Part shown: positions 34,666-42,701 of the stretch, piece by piece
How the letters are laid out: the number at the start of each line of letters is the position of its first letter
Position numbering within the stretch: the first letter of the stretch is position 1
From: an uncultured Spirochaetales bacterium
GTDB taxonomy: Bacteria; Spirochaetota; Spirochaetia; CAYRYS01
Assembly (NCBI GenBank): GCA_964428555.1
Contig: CAYRYS010000002.1
Coordinates: forward strand, 1,086-65,085
Length of the DNA: 64,000 bases
Reading direction: 5' to 3'
Notes under the pieces: model-generated
The model's database searches: none
Seen by the model: only the letters and a program-made list of their open reading frames with translations
What the model was told of the DNA's origin: nothing
Translations under genes and position numbers: made by a program

Positions 34666-34771
34666 AAAGCATAGTATATCAAAAAGTTATAATATAGTAA
34701 AGCAGCCGGCCTTTTGAAATCCTATCTCCCTGTTTTTCAAACTGACGGTTTAATAAATATAAAATAATCAG

Positions 34772-34800
34772 TTGTTTTATTCACTGTTCCTGAGTATAGT
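34772..34800 (+). promoter_or_regulatory. sigma70-type promoter candidate (TTGTTT - 17 nt - TATAGT); very short SD-less leader before the 34815 ATG
   Basis: The -35 is at 34772..34777 and the -10 at 34795..34800. Only 14 nt separate the -10 from the ATG, and no GGAG-like element is present. Confidence 0.35.
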
Positions 34801-34814
34801 GTGTATACATTGCT

Positions 34815-35525
34815 ATGAAAAAGAAATTCCTGGATTATGTTCAGATTATTCTATTTCCTCTGCTGTTTATACTAATTATTGCGGTCACTATTATATTTTG
34901 GGATAAGCTCTGGCCCCTCTTTTCATCTGCAGAAAATCTGAGAAACTGGGTTGAGGGATCAGGAGTCTGGGCGCCGATCATTTTTGTGGGACTGCAGGTG
35001 CTTCAAGTTGTTATTTTTATAATCCCTGGAGAGGTTCCGCAAATAGCCGGGGGGTATCTTTTCGGTTTATGGGAAGGCTTTCTGCTATCATCCCTTGGAA
35101 TAGGTATAGGTTCTGCTGTAAATTTTTACCTCGCACGCTTTCTTGGCCGGCCTTTTGTGCAGGCATTGTTTAATGAATCCCAAATATACAGGTTCGAAAA
35201 GATTAGTCATTCCGGTAATGCCCAGATAGGCTTCTTCCTTTTTTTTCTTATACCTGGTATTCCAAAAGATATATTATGCTATGTAGCCGGTCTCTCGCCA
35301 TTGAGCTTACTTGCGTTCATGCTTCTTTCTTCAATTGCCCGTGCGCCCGGCATACTCGGAAGTGCAATGATGGGAAGCGCTGCAGCAAATAATCAATGGC
35401 TAGTCGCAATAATTGTCATGGTTTTAGCAAGTGTTCTTTTTCTTCTTGGCGTGTTGTTCCGGGATAGAATTCATAAAGTTATTGAACAGCTCTCAAAACA
35501 TACCAAAGAACCCAGTGAACAGTAA
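34815..35525 (+). CDS. TVP38/TMEM64 (DedA-related, SNARE-associated) family membrane protein
   Basis: IPGEVPQIAGGYLFGLWEGFLLSSLGIGIGSAVNFYLARFLGRPFV is the family core. 5-6 TM helices. Confidence 0.8.
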   Translation: MKKKFLDYVQIILFPLLFILIIAVTIIFWDKLWPLFSSAENLRNWVEGSGVWAPIIFVGLQVLQVVIFIIPGEVPQIAGGYLFGLWEGFLLSSLGIGIGSAVNFYLARFLGRPFVQALFNESQIYRFEKISHSGNAQIGFFLFFLIPGIPKDILCYVAGLSPLSLLAFMLLSSIARAPGILGSAMMGSAAANNQWLVAIIVMVLASVLFLLGVLFRDRIHKVIEQLSKHTKEPSEQ

Positions 35526-35561
35526 CCAGGCATGCTTTGTAAGCCCTGAATTGCCGATTTT

Positions 35562-37133
35562 TTAATCTTCAAGCAATGCTAATCCCGGAAGTTCTCTCAG
35601 AGCGCTGAATGCTAAATACTTAAACGGATGAAGGTCAAGGGGATTTGGAATCCATCCATCTATTACACCAAGGTCTATAATATTCAATGATGGTGTATGG
35701 CTTAATGGCAGCACAATTGCACCTTGAAGCAGTACTTCCTCTGCTTCAGAAAGGGCTTGATAGCGTTCCCTGCCAGTAAGGCTAGTGGCGTTTTCCATAG
35801 CGGATTCGAATGCAGGGTCGGTATATCCTGAGTCATTTAAATTAGATGCAGCAGACCACATTTGGAGAAAGGTCAGCGGATCTGGAAAATCGCCGATCCA
35901 GGTAAGAGTGCCTAGTGTGTAGCTTTCATTGTTTGCCAAGCTCTCAAAATAGCCGGTATAGTTCATTGCTGTAATGATGACATTTACAGAAAGAGTCTCT
36001 TCCCAGGACTCCTGCATTATTTCTGCGATCCTTCTGCTTTCGCTTCCTTCGGGTATATGGATTTCAATTTCAGGGAGTCCTTCGCCCTGTGCGTATCCTG
36101 ATTCTTCAAGCAGTCTCAGGGCTTCTTGCCTGTTAGGAGCTTCAATACCTTCAGGTTCAGGATAATAGGGGATATCAGGAACCAAGCGGTCTGTAGGGAA
36201 ATAGCGTTCTCCCCGAATGCTTTGCCAAGGCAGTAAAAGTGCAAGAGCCCGCCGAATGCGGTAGTCTTCCCATGGGCCGGAATCAACGTGAAAAAAGAAA
36301 TAGCTTGTTGCAAACATCGGATTGAGTACAATGGCATTTCTGTTGTGCAGTTCTTGTATGGAAAAAGAATCAGCAAGCCAATGAGCTTCACCTGAATTGA
36401 ATAATGCAGTAGCCCGTGATGCATTGTCAGTAAAGAGAATACGTATCTGGGGAATAGACACAGTATTTGAGTCCCAATAATAGCGGTTTCTCCTCAGTAG
36501 AATTTCTTCTTCGCTCTTTTCGTGGATATAGTATGGACCATTACCTGGAATTGAAGCATGGCCGGACCAGTCATCAATATCTATAAAGTCAGGATGGATT
36601 GGTACAAAACTATGGTGGCATAGGATCTTTAAAAAATGAGTTGCCGGTTGGGTGAGGGTAACTTCCAGTGTATTCTCATTGATTGCTTGAATACCTACCG
36701 AATCTCTGTCATCTGATTCGCCGCTTCGGTATTCAGGGACTCCTTGAATAATATCAAAAAGAAATGCGTAATCTGCATCCTCTTGGGGATCAATTAGTCG
36801 AAACCATGTTTCATAAAAGTGTTCAGCTGTTATCCTGTCTCCATTCCAGTACCGTGCATTCCTGCGGATTGTGAAGGTATATGTGCGTCTATCTTCTGAT
36901 ATCTCCCATGCGTGAGCTACTGCAGGAAGAGGCTCCATTGTAATAGGATGATAGGAGACTAATCCTTCATAAATACCTGTGTAAAACTGTGCTTCAAAAG
37001 CAGTAAAGGTATGATGCGGATCATAGGCTACATTCGTAGGAGAAGCTACCATTGTAAAAGTTTGTTCATCTTCTGCGTATAGAGCATTACATAAAATACA
37101 GAAGAGACTTAAAAATAAAAAGACACGTTTCAT
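35562..37133 (-). CDS. ABC transporter substrate-binding protein, family 5 (peptide/nickel/oligosaccharide type), orphan
   Basis: Signal peptide. YTFTIRRNARYWNGDRITAEHFYETWFRLIDP is typical of SBP_bac_5. No permease or ATPase genes are adjacent. Confidence 0.85.
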   Translation of the reverse strand: MKRVFLFLSLFCILCNALYAEDEQTFTMVASPTNVAYDPHHTFTAFEAQFYTGIYEGLVSYHPITMEPLPAVAHAWEISEDRRTYTFTIRRNARYWNGDRITAEHFYETWFRLIDPQEDADYAFLFDIIQGVPEYRSGESDDRDSVGIQAINENTLEVTLTQPATHFLKILCHHSFVPIHPDFIDIDDWSGHASIPGNGPYYIHEKSEEEILLRRNRYYWDSNTVSIPQIRILFTDNASRATALFNSGEAHWLADSFSIQELHNRNAIVLNPMFATSYFFFHVDSGPWEDYRIRRALALLLPWQSIRGERYFPTDRLVPDIPYYPEPEGIEAPNRQEALRLLEESGYAQGEGLPEIEIHIPEGSESRRIAEIMQESWEETLSVNVIITAMNYTGYFESLANNESYTLGTLTWIGDFPDPLTFLQMWSAASNLNDSGYTDPAFESAMENATSLTGRERYQALSEAEEVLLQGAIVLPLSHTPSLNIIDLGVIDGWIPNPLDLHPFKYLAFSALRELPGLALLED

Positions 37134-37223
37134 AACAGCTCCTGGATAAAAAAAAGAGGAACGGATTTCATTCCTCTAAAATACCATATTATAATTAGGA
37201 GAAAAAGTAAGCATAGGGGCTAA

Positions 37224-38021
37224 TTAGATAAAAAAGCTAATTATGAATATAGCTGCTGCAAGAACAACACAAGCAATGCTTCCGTAAAGAAAGCCCTTTA
37301 CTAAGCCCTCGGCAGAACGCGTCAGCTCCTCTTCGCTTTTTACGCTAATAATATATTTTTGTTCTTTTTCGTCAGGAAGCTGCATCTGAAGCTGTCCGCT
37401 TGAATCCGAGGCTTCGCCGATAATGTAAAGTTCACGGTTAAGCGGTACAATCTCTTCTTCGTAACGATATCCGATAGTCCTTCTTCCGGTTTTCGGGGCC
37501 ATATTTCCAAGGTTAATGTTGAACTTACCCATTGATACCTTCATACCCTGTGGTTCCCCTTGGTCAAACCTGGAGAATACCTTTTCGGTGACCATTTTCG
37601 CACCTTCCGGATTTATCCGAATTTTCCCAGTTCCGTCATTAATGTCGAATGGAACCATTCTGCTGTTGCTGCTTACAATTTCTGAACCTCTCCGCGTTCT
37701 TTGAACATTTCTGCCTTCAGAATCTGTTGTGTAATAAGTTTCCTCGTATTCTCTGCTTACCTTCATTGTATAAGAGACACATTGTATCTCAGCAAGTTCG
37801 GAAATAAGGGGCTCCTCTGTTTCAGATTTTCCCTTAACCTCTGTATATTCATGAAAAGACCCAGGACCAATGTCTTCAGCAACTGACTTTGCCAAGGTTT
37901 TTAGTTCCGCTGCTGTTGAGGTTTTTGTAGATTTCATAAGAAATACTTTTTTTCTCTGGAAATTCTGTGCAACAAACAGCCCGCCTGCTATACCAAGTAA
38001 TACTATGCTGACTATCCACAT
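37224..38021 (-). CDS. TM - GIDE-like domain - TM membrane protein
   Basis: It has N- and C-terminal TM helices. The central region (YTEVKGKSETEEPLISELAEIQCVSYTMKVSREYEE...RINPEGAKM...YIIGEA) resembles the GIDE domain layout known from MUL1-type proteins and their bacterial homologues. This is a memory-based call. Confidence 0.4.
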   Translation of the reverse strand: MWIVSIVLLGIAGGLFVAQNFQRKKVFLMKSTKTSTAAELKTLAKSVAEDIGPGSFHEYTEVKGKSETEEPLISELAEIQCVSYTMKVSREYEETYYTTDSEGRNVQRTRRGSEIVSSNSRMVPFDINDGTGKIRINPEGAKMVTEKVFSRFDQGEPQGMKVSMGKFNINLGNMAPKTGRRTIGYRYEEEIVPLNRELYIIGEASDSSGQLQMQLPDEKEQKYIISVKSEEELTRSAEGLVKGFLYGSIACVVLAAAIFIISFFI

Positions 38022-38031
38022 ACGCTCTCCT

Positions 38032-38388
38032 TTATTTTTCTGTTAGATAGGTTTTTACTATTTCATTATACACGGTTTGGTGTAAAGGTTTAATAAAAAC
38101 TTCGTTAAATCCTGCATGTTTTAATTCTTCAATAAGGGAGTCATCGCTGGTTATGGCAATTGCTGGAATATTATTTCCGTCTTGCCGCAGCTTTTTTACT
38201 ATATCAATACCATTCATGCCTGGCATATACTGGTCAAGTATTATCAGCTGGTAGTTCTTGTCCTTTGCGTATTTAAAGGCATCTACGCCATTAGATACTA
38301 GTTCGCATTCAATATTATGTTTTTGTAAAAAATGTTTAACAAGTTTTCGGTTTGTGAAATCATCCTCTGCATACAAAACGTGTTTCAT
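38032..38388 (-). CDS. single-domain response regulator (CheY-like receiver)
   Basis: VLYAEDDFTNRKL...LIILDQYMPGMNG...AITSD...FIKPL. All receiver landmarks are present. 118 aa. Confidence 0.9.
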   Translation of the reverse strand: MKHVLYAEDDFTNRKLVKHFLQKHNIECELVSNGVDAFKYAKDKNYQLIILDQYMPGMNGIDIVKKLRQDGNNIPAIAITSDDSLIEELKHAGFNEVFIKPLHQTVYNEIVKTYLTEK

Positions 38389-38534
38389 TGGTACAGTTAT
38401 CCTTTCTGAAAATTGGTACTTCCTGCATTTAACAGTATAAGGCTATAATGAATTAAATTACAAGAGTAATATTTTGGCAATGTGTATTTGTAACAGTTCT
38501 GGATTTTTTAGGAGTTTCCGGTTAGGATAAAAAT

Positions 38535-41500
38535 ATGGGAAAGAAAAAATGGCGAAAAACAGTTGCGCTCTTTCTTGATCGCATTGAGATGTATTACCAA
38601 AAAAATTTTTGGGCAGGTATCGGTGAGTATCTTGAGAAGAAAGGGATCCGGCTTTTTGTTGTTGCCGGAGGACCCATAGAATCCTCGGATTATGACTTAC
38701 TCTTTAATTGCAGAATATATTCGCTGCTGAACATTCCAATTATTGATGGAATTATTATAGTAGCAGGAGCGCTTGGTCATTTCTCGGAGAAAGAGCGTAT
38801 CCAGAAATTTTGCTCTTCCTTTTCCGATAAAAAAGTGATTAGTTTAGGGTTATTAATTGAAAATATAGTAAGTGTAGCAGGGGACAATGAGACAGGAATC
38901 TCAGATCTTATTTCGCACCTTATTGAAGCTCATGGGTGTAAGAGGATTGCCTTTGTCCAAGGACCAAAATCGCACCCAGATGCAATCGCACGCTTTTCCA
39001 GCTATCAGGAAACATTACAAAGATATGGAATACAGCTGGATGAGGAGCTTATTGTTAGAAACGGTACATTTTTTCCGGAATTCGGAAGCAGGGCAGTGGA
39101 TATACTTTTCCGGCAAAGAAAAGTAGAGTGCGATGCAGTTATGGCAAGCAATGACGAGGTAGCTATACAGATTATGTATGAATTAAACCAATACGGTTAC
39201 CTTGTTCCGGATGATGTAATTGTAACTGGTTTCGATAACATTCTAGGCAGTCAGTTTTCTTTTCCATCGCTTACTACTGTGTCTCAAAACATTAGTTATC
39301 AAGCAGAGCTTGCTGCACAGCAGATGTACTCCCTTTTAGAAGATGAGGATGTCCAAGAATGGATACAGCTTCCTTCAAGGCCGGTGATACGGCAGACATG
39401 CGGATGCTTTAAGCCTGAAATACAGCATGCCTCTGTAAGCAGTCTCTATATAAGCATGAATTCTTCAATTGCCATAGAAGAAAAACGCAGTCAGCTTAAG
39501 GCGAGGCTGCACCGTATTATGCAAATTCGTGCTGAAGATACTGAGTCAAAAAATCGTATTGATAAATTTGTTATTACTGGGGTTTTCGGCGCTGAGGATG
39601 AGTATCAAAATAATTTTCTTAATCTCCTAGATAGCATTTTGCGGCTCTGGGCTGTAAAGGGCTATGATGTCACAAAGTGGCAGGAAGGCCTTTCTGAATG
39701 CAGAAAAACCATACTTTCCTGTGGTTGTATAGAACATGACCGTGATGTTATTGAAAACTGCCTGCATGAGGCCAGGGTTCTGATTAGCTTAGCTTCAGAA
39801 CGAAAATACAGCTGGCAGATTGAATCATCTGAGAGAGTTAAGAAAAAAGCCAGAAGCATTGGCAATAGCATAATTTCAGCTTTTGCTCTGAAAGATATCT
39901 ATCAAATACTATCTGAAAGACTTCGGGAAATAAATATAACTGAATGTTTTATTGCTTTAACAAATAAAGATCTAGATACAAAAGGGAAGGCCCTTCTTTC
40001 ATTTGTTTTGTCAGACTCAGGTGAATACACGCACCTTGCGGGCAGGGAATTCCAAGTGAGCGATCTACTTCCAGGGGAGATCCTGGGTGCAATTCCGGCA
40101 TATTCCCTGGTCATACTCCCCTTATCAGTAAAACAGGATGTTCTTGGCTATATGGTAGTTAATGCTGATCCTGAAATGGGTGAAGTCTTGGAGTACTTCA
40201 GGGGAATCCTTTCCAATGCAGTAAAGGCTGCGTTACTCGTTGAAGAGGTAGAGGAGCAAAAAATGACCCTTGAGGAGAAGGTCAAGCTCCGTACAAAGGA
40301 ACTCTTTGAAAGTGAGCAGAAATATAGAACATACTTCCGTGAATCAATTACTGGTAATTTTATTTTGGATCAAAGAGGGGTAATTCAAACCTGTAATAAG
40401 GCTTTTGCAAAGATTTTCGGCTTTGAAAATGCAAACTATGTGCAGGGTAAGAAGATTGGGGATCTTATTTCAACAGCGCAGCTTGAAGAAATGAAACAGC
40501 TCTTCTATGCACAAGGCAGGCTGGATTACTATGAGGCAGAGCTTATACGGGAAGATGGTGCGAAGATAAGCATAATTGTTTCAATTGTTGGAGAGCCTGG
40601 GACAGTTCACAGCTATTCACAGATACGCGGGTATGTATTTGATATTACGCCGCGAAAGAACCTGGAAGATATGCTTCGGCAGTCCCAGAAAATGGAAGCC
40701 CTTGGCCGGCTTGCAGGTGGGGTGGCCCACGATTTTAATAATCTCTTAACTGCGATAAACGGATATTCAGAGCTTCTACGTGATACATTGGAAGAAGAAT
40801 CGGATTTGCATGAGGATGTTCTGGAAATAATTAAAGCAGGCAAACGGGCAGCAGCTTTAACAAACCAGCTGCTTGCATTCTCTAGGCGCCAGGTAGTTAC
40901 TTCTCAGCAGCTGAATTTGAATACAGTAATACTAGAGCTGCAAAAAATGCTGAGGCGGCTCTTACGGGAAGATATCAAGCTTATTACCGACCTTAAGCCC
41001 CAGATTGGTGTAATAGAGGCTGATAGATCGCAGCTGGAACAGGTGATTATGAATTTGGTCCTAAACGCAAGGGACGCGATGCCGGAAGGCGGTGAGCTTC
41101 GGGTTATGACAAAAATGGAACACCTGGAAGAAACCCGGTATAAGAAAGAGTTTTTTATGCTTCCAGGCAGCTATGTTGCATTAACTATTTCTGATACTGG
41201 AATTGGTATGGATGAAGAAACAGTTCGGCGGATATTCGATCCCTTTTTTACTACAAAGGAGCAGGGTGCTGGTACTGGTTTGGGATTAGCTACTGTGTAC
41301 GGCATTGTGAAGCAAAGCTCAGGACAGTTGGAAGTAAACAGTGTTCCCGGAGCAGGAACGAGTTTTGTCATCCATTTTCCTGTAACAGGGGTTAATGATG
41401 CAGAGACAGCAGGCCATCAGGTCACAGAGCTCTCAGGTGCTCATGGAACTGAGAATATTCTCGTAATAGAAGATGAAAAACAAGTACGTAAGTTTATTTC

Positions 41501-41828
41501 CCGGTTATTAACATACAAAGGATACACAGTTACAGTAAAAAATGATGGTGAGTCCGGTATTAAAACACTAAAAAAAGCAAAAAAATCTTTTGATCTTATC
41601 ATAACGGACATTATTATGCCTGGAATGACCGGATTTCAAACTGTGCGAAAAATCCGGGAGGAGCTCAAAGACCGGACACCAGTACTTTTCATGTCCGGAT
41701 ATACTGAAGAAAACATACGAAGGAATCAAATGCTCTACAAAGAGGGCTCGTTTATTGCAAAGCCCTTTACTTCCGAGAAGCTGATTCGCATGGTAAGAGA
41801 CATTCTAGATTCTGCAGAAAAAAGTTAG
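38535..41828 (+). CDS. cytoplasmic hybrid histidine kinase with N-terminal LacI/GalR-type (periplasmic-binding-protein-fold) ligand-binding domain, then PAS - HisKA - HATPase - REC
   Basis: No signal peptide or TM helix. The N-terminal ~290 aa includes IAFVQGPKSHPDAIARFSSYQETLQRYGI...DAVMASNDEVAIQIMYELNQYGYLVPDDVIVTGFDNI, the LacI-family effector-domain pattern, but no HTH precedes it. PAS segment FRESITGNFILDQRGVIQTCNKAFAKIFGF. H-box GGVAHDFNNLLT. ATP-binding boxes NLVLNARDAM, DTGIGM and GTGLGL. The receiver has LIITDIIMPGMTG. Confidence 0.85.
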   Translation: MGKKKWRKTVALFLDRIEMYYQKNFWAGIGEYLEKKGIRLFVVAGGPIESSDYDLLFNCRIYSLLNIPIIDGIIIVAGALGHFSEKERIQKFCSSFSDKKVISLGLLIENIVSVAGDNETGISDLISHLIEAHGCKRIAFVQGPKSHPDAIARFSSYQETLQRYGIQLDEELIVRNGTFFPEFGSRAVDILFRQRKVECDAVMASNDEVAIQIMYELNQYGYLVPDDVIVTGFDNILGSQFSFPSLTTVSQNISYQAELAAQQMYSLLEDEDVQEWIQLPSRPVIRQTCGCFKPEIQHASVSSLYISMNSSIAIEEKRSQLKARLHRIMQIRAEDTESKNRIDKFVITGVFGAEDEYQNNFLNLLDSILRLWAVKGYDVTKWQEGLSECRKTILSCGCIEHDRDVIENCLHEARVLISLASERKYSWQIESSERVKKKARSIGNSIISAFALKDIYQILSERLREINITECFIALTNKDLDTKGKALLSFVLSDSGEYTHLAGREFQVSDLLPGEILGAIPAYSLVILPLSVKQDVLGYMVVNADPEMGEVLEYFRGILSNAVKAALLVEEVEEQKMTLEEKVKLRTKELFESEQKYRTYFRESITGNFILDQRGVIQTCNKAFAKIFGFENANYVQGKKIGDLISTAQLEEMKQLFYAQGRLDYYEAELIREDGAKISIIVSIVGEPGTVHSYSQIRGYVFDITPRKNLEDMLRQSQKMEALGRLAGGVAHDFNNLLTAINGYSELLRDTLEEESDLHEDVLEIIKAGKRAAALTNQLLAFSRRQVVTSQQLNLNTVILELQKMLRRLLREDIKLITDLKPQIGVIEADRSQLEQVIMNLVLNARDAMPEGGELRVMTKMEHLEETRYKKEFFMLPGSYVALTISDTGIGMDEETVRRIFDPFFTTKEQGAGTGLGLATVYGIVKQSSGQLEVNSVPGAGTSFVIHFPVTGVNDAETAGHQVTELSGAHGTENILVIEDEKQVRKFISRLLTYKGYTVTVKNDGESGIKTLKKAKKSFDLIITDIIMPGMTGFQTVRKIREELKDRTPVLFMSGYTEENIRRNQMLYKEGSFIAKPFTSEKLIRMVRDILDSAEKS

Positions 41829-41932
41829 AAAATAGTCCTGTTTTTTTAGAAATTCAGCGATCCTCAGACTTGATTCTTTTGAAGGAAAATGTAAATTTCC
41901 TGGGACAATTGATCAGATTATCAACCGTAGAA

Positions 41933-42673
41933 ATGGGGAGGACGCTTATCAAACGGTTTGGAATATCAATAATGGTTATGGCATTTTCTGCATGTGTACA
42001 GAATCCTGCTGTAGTTGAGGTTGAAAGAGAAGAACGCCAGCAGCATACACAGCTTGCGGCTCAGTCACTCGATTTTGAAGTAATGAATAACATTGATCCC
42101 GAAGAAACAAATGACCTTGTTCTTACTCTTTATCGAAATCCTGTCTCCAGGGTCCGGGTTATCGATTTCTTTGTTGCATTAACCGGTTCGCAGCAGATAG
42201 CGCAGACAGTGCTTCAATATGCTGATGAATATAACATATCCCCTACGCTTGCGTTTGCTCTCTCTTGGGTAGAGAGTAGATATAACCCCTATGCGGTTAA
42301 TCATAATTCCCGCTCAATAGACAGGGGACTATTCCAGCTCAATTCCCGTTCTTTCCCTGAGCTTGGAATCGAAGACTTCTTTGATATAACAACGAATGTA
42401 GTAAATGCAATGGAATATCTTAGTTTTTGTCTGGAAGAGGGGGAAACTGAGGTAGTCGCACTTGCTATGTACAATGCAGGAAGACGCGGTGTTGATACTG
42501 GTACCCCGCGGAGTACCCTTGTGTATATCTCGCGAATATTAGATTATCATGCAGAGCTTGAAGCCAATTTTTCAGAGCATATGTGGCGTTTAAGCAAAAG
42601 GAACCAAGAGCTGCGGGAACGTAGTGAAATATCTTACAGGCTTGTGGTAGATGAGCAAACCCTGTTAAAATAA
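41933..42673 (+). CDS. lytic transglycosylase (SLT domain) lipoprotein
   Basis: Lipobox MVMAFSAC. The SLT catalytic region is LAFALSWVESRYNPYAVNHNSRSIDRGLFQLNS...AMYNAG. The ATG at 41933 is preferred to the upstream TTG of the ORF track. Confidence 0.85.
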   Translation: MGRTLIKRFGISIMVMAFSACVQNPAVVEVEREERQQHTQLAAQSLDFEVMNNIDPEETNDLVLTLYRNPVSRVRVIDFFVALTGSQQIAQTVLQYADEYNISPTLAFALSWVESRYNPYAVNHNSRSIDRGLFQLNSRSFPELGIEDFFDITTNVVNAMEYLSFCLEEGETEVVALAMYNAGRRGVDTGTPRSTLVYISRILDYHAELEANFSEHMWRLSKRNQELRERSEISYRLVVDEQTLLK

Positions 42674-42701
42674 CCTATCTGAATAAGCTCCGGAGAAAAA
42701 A

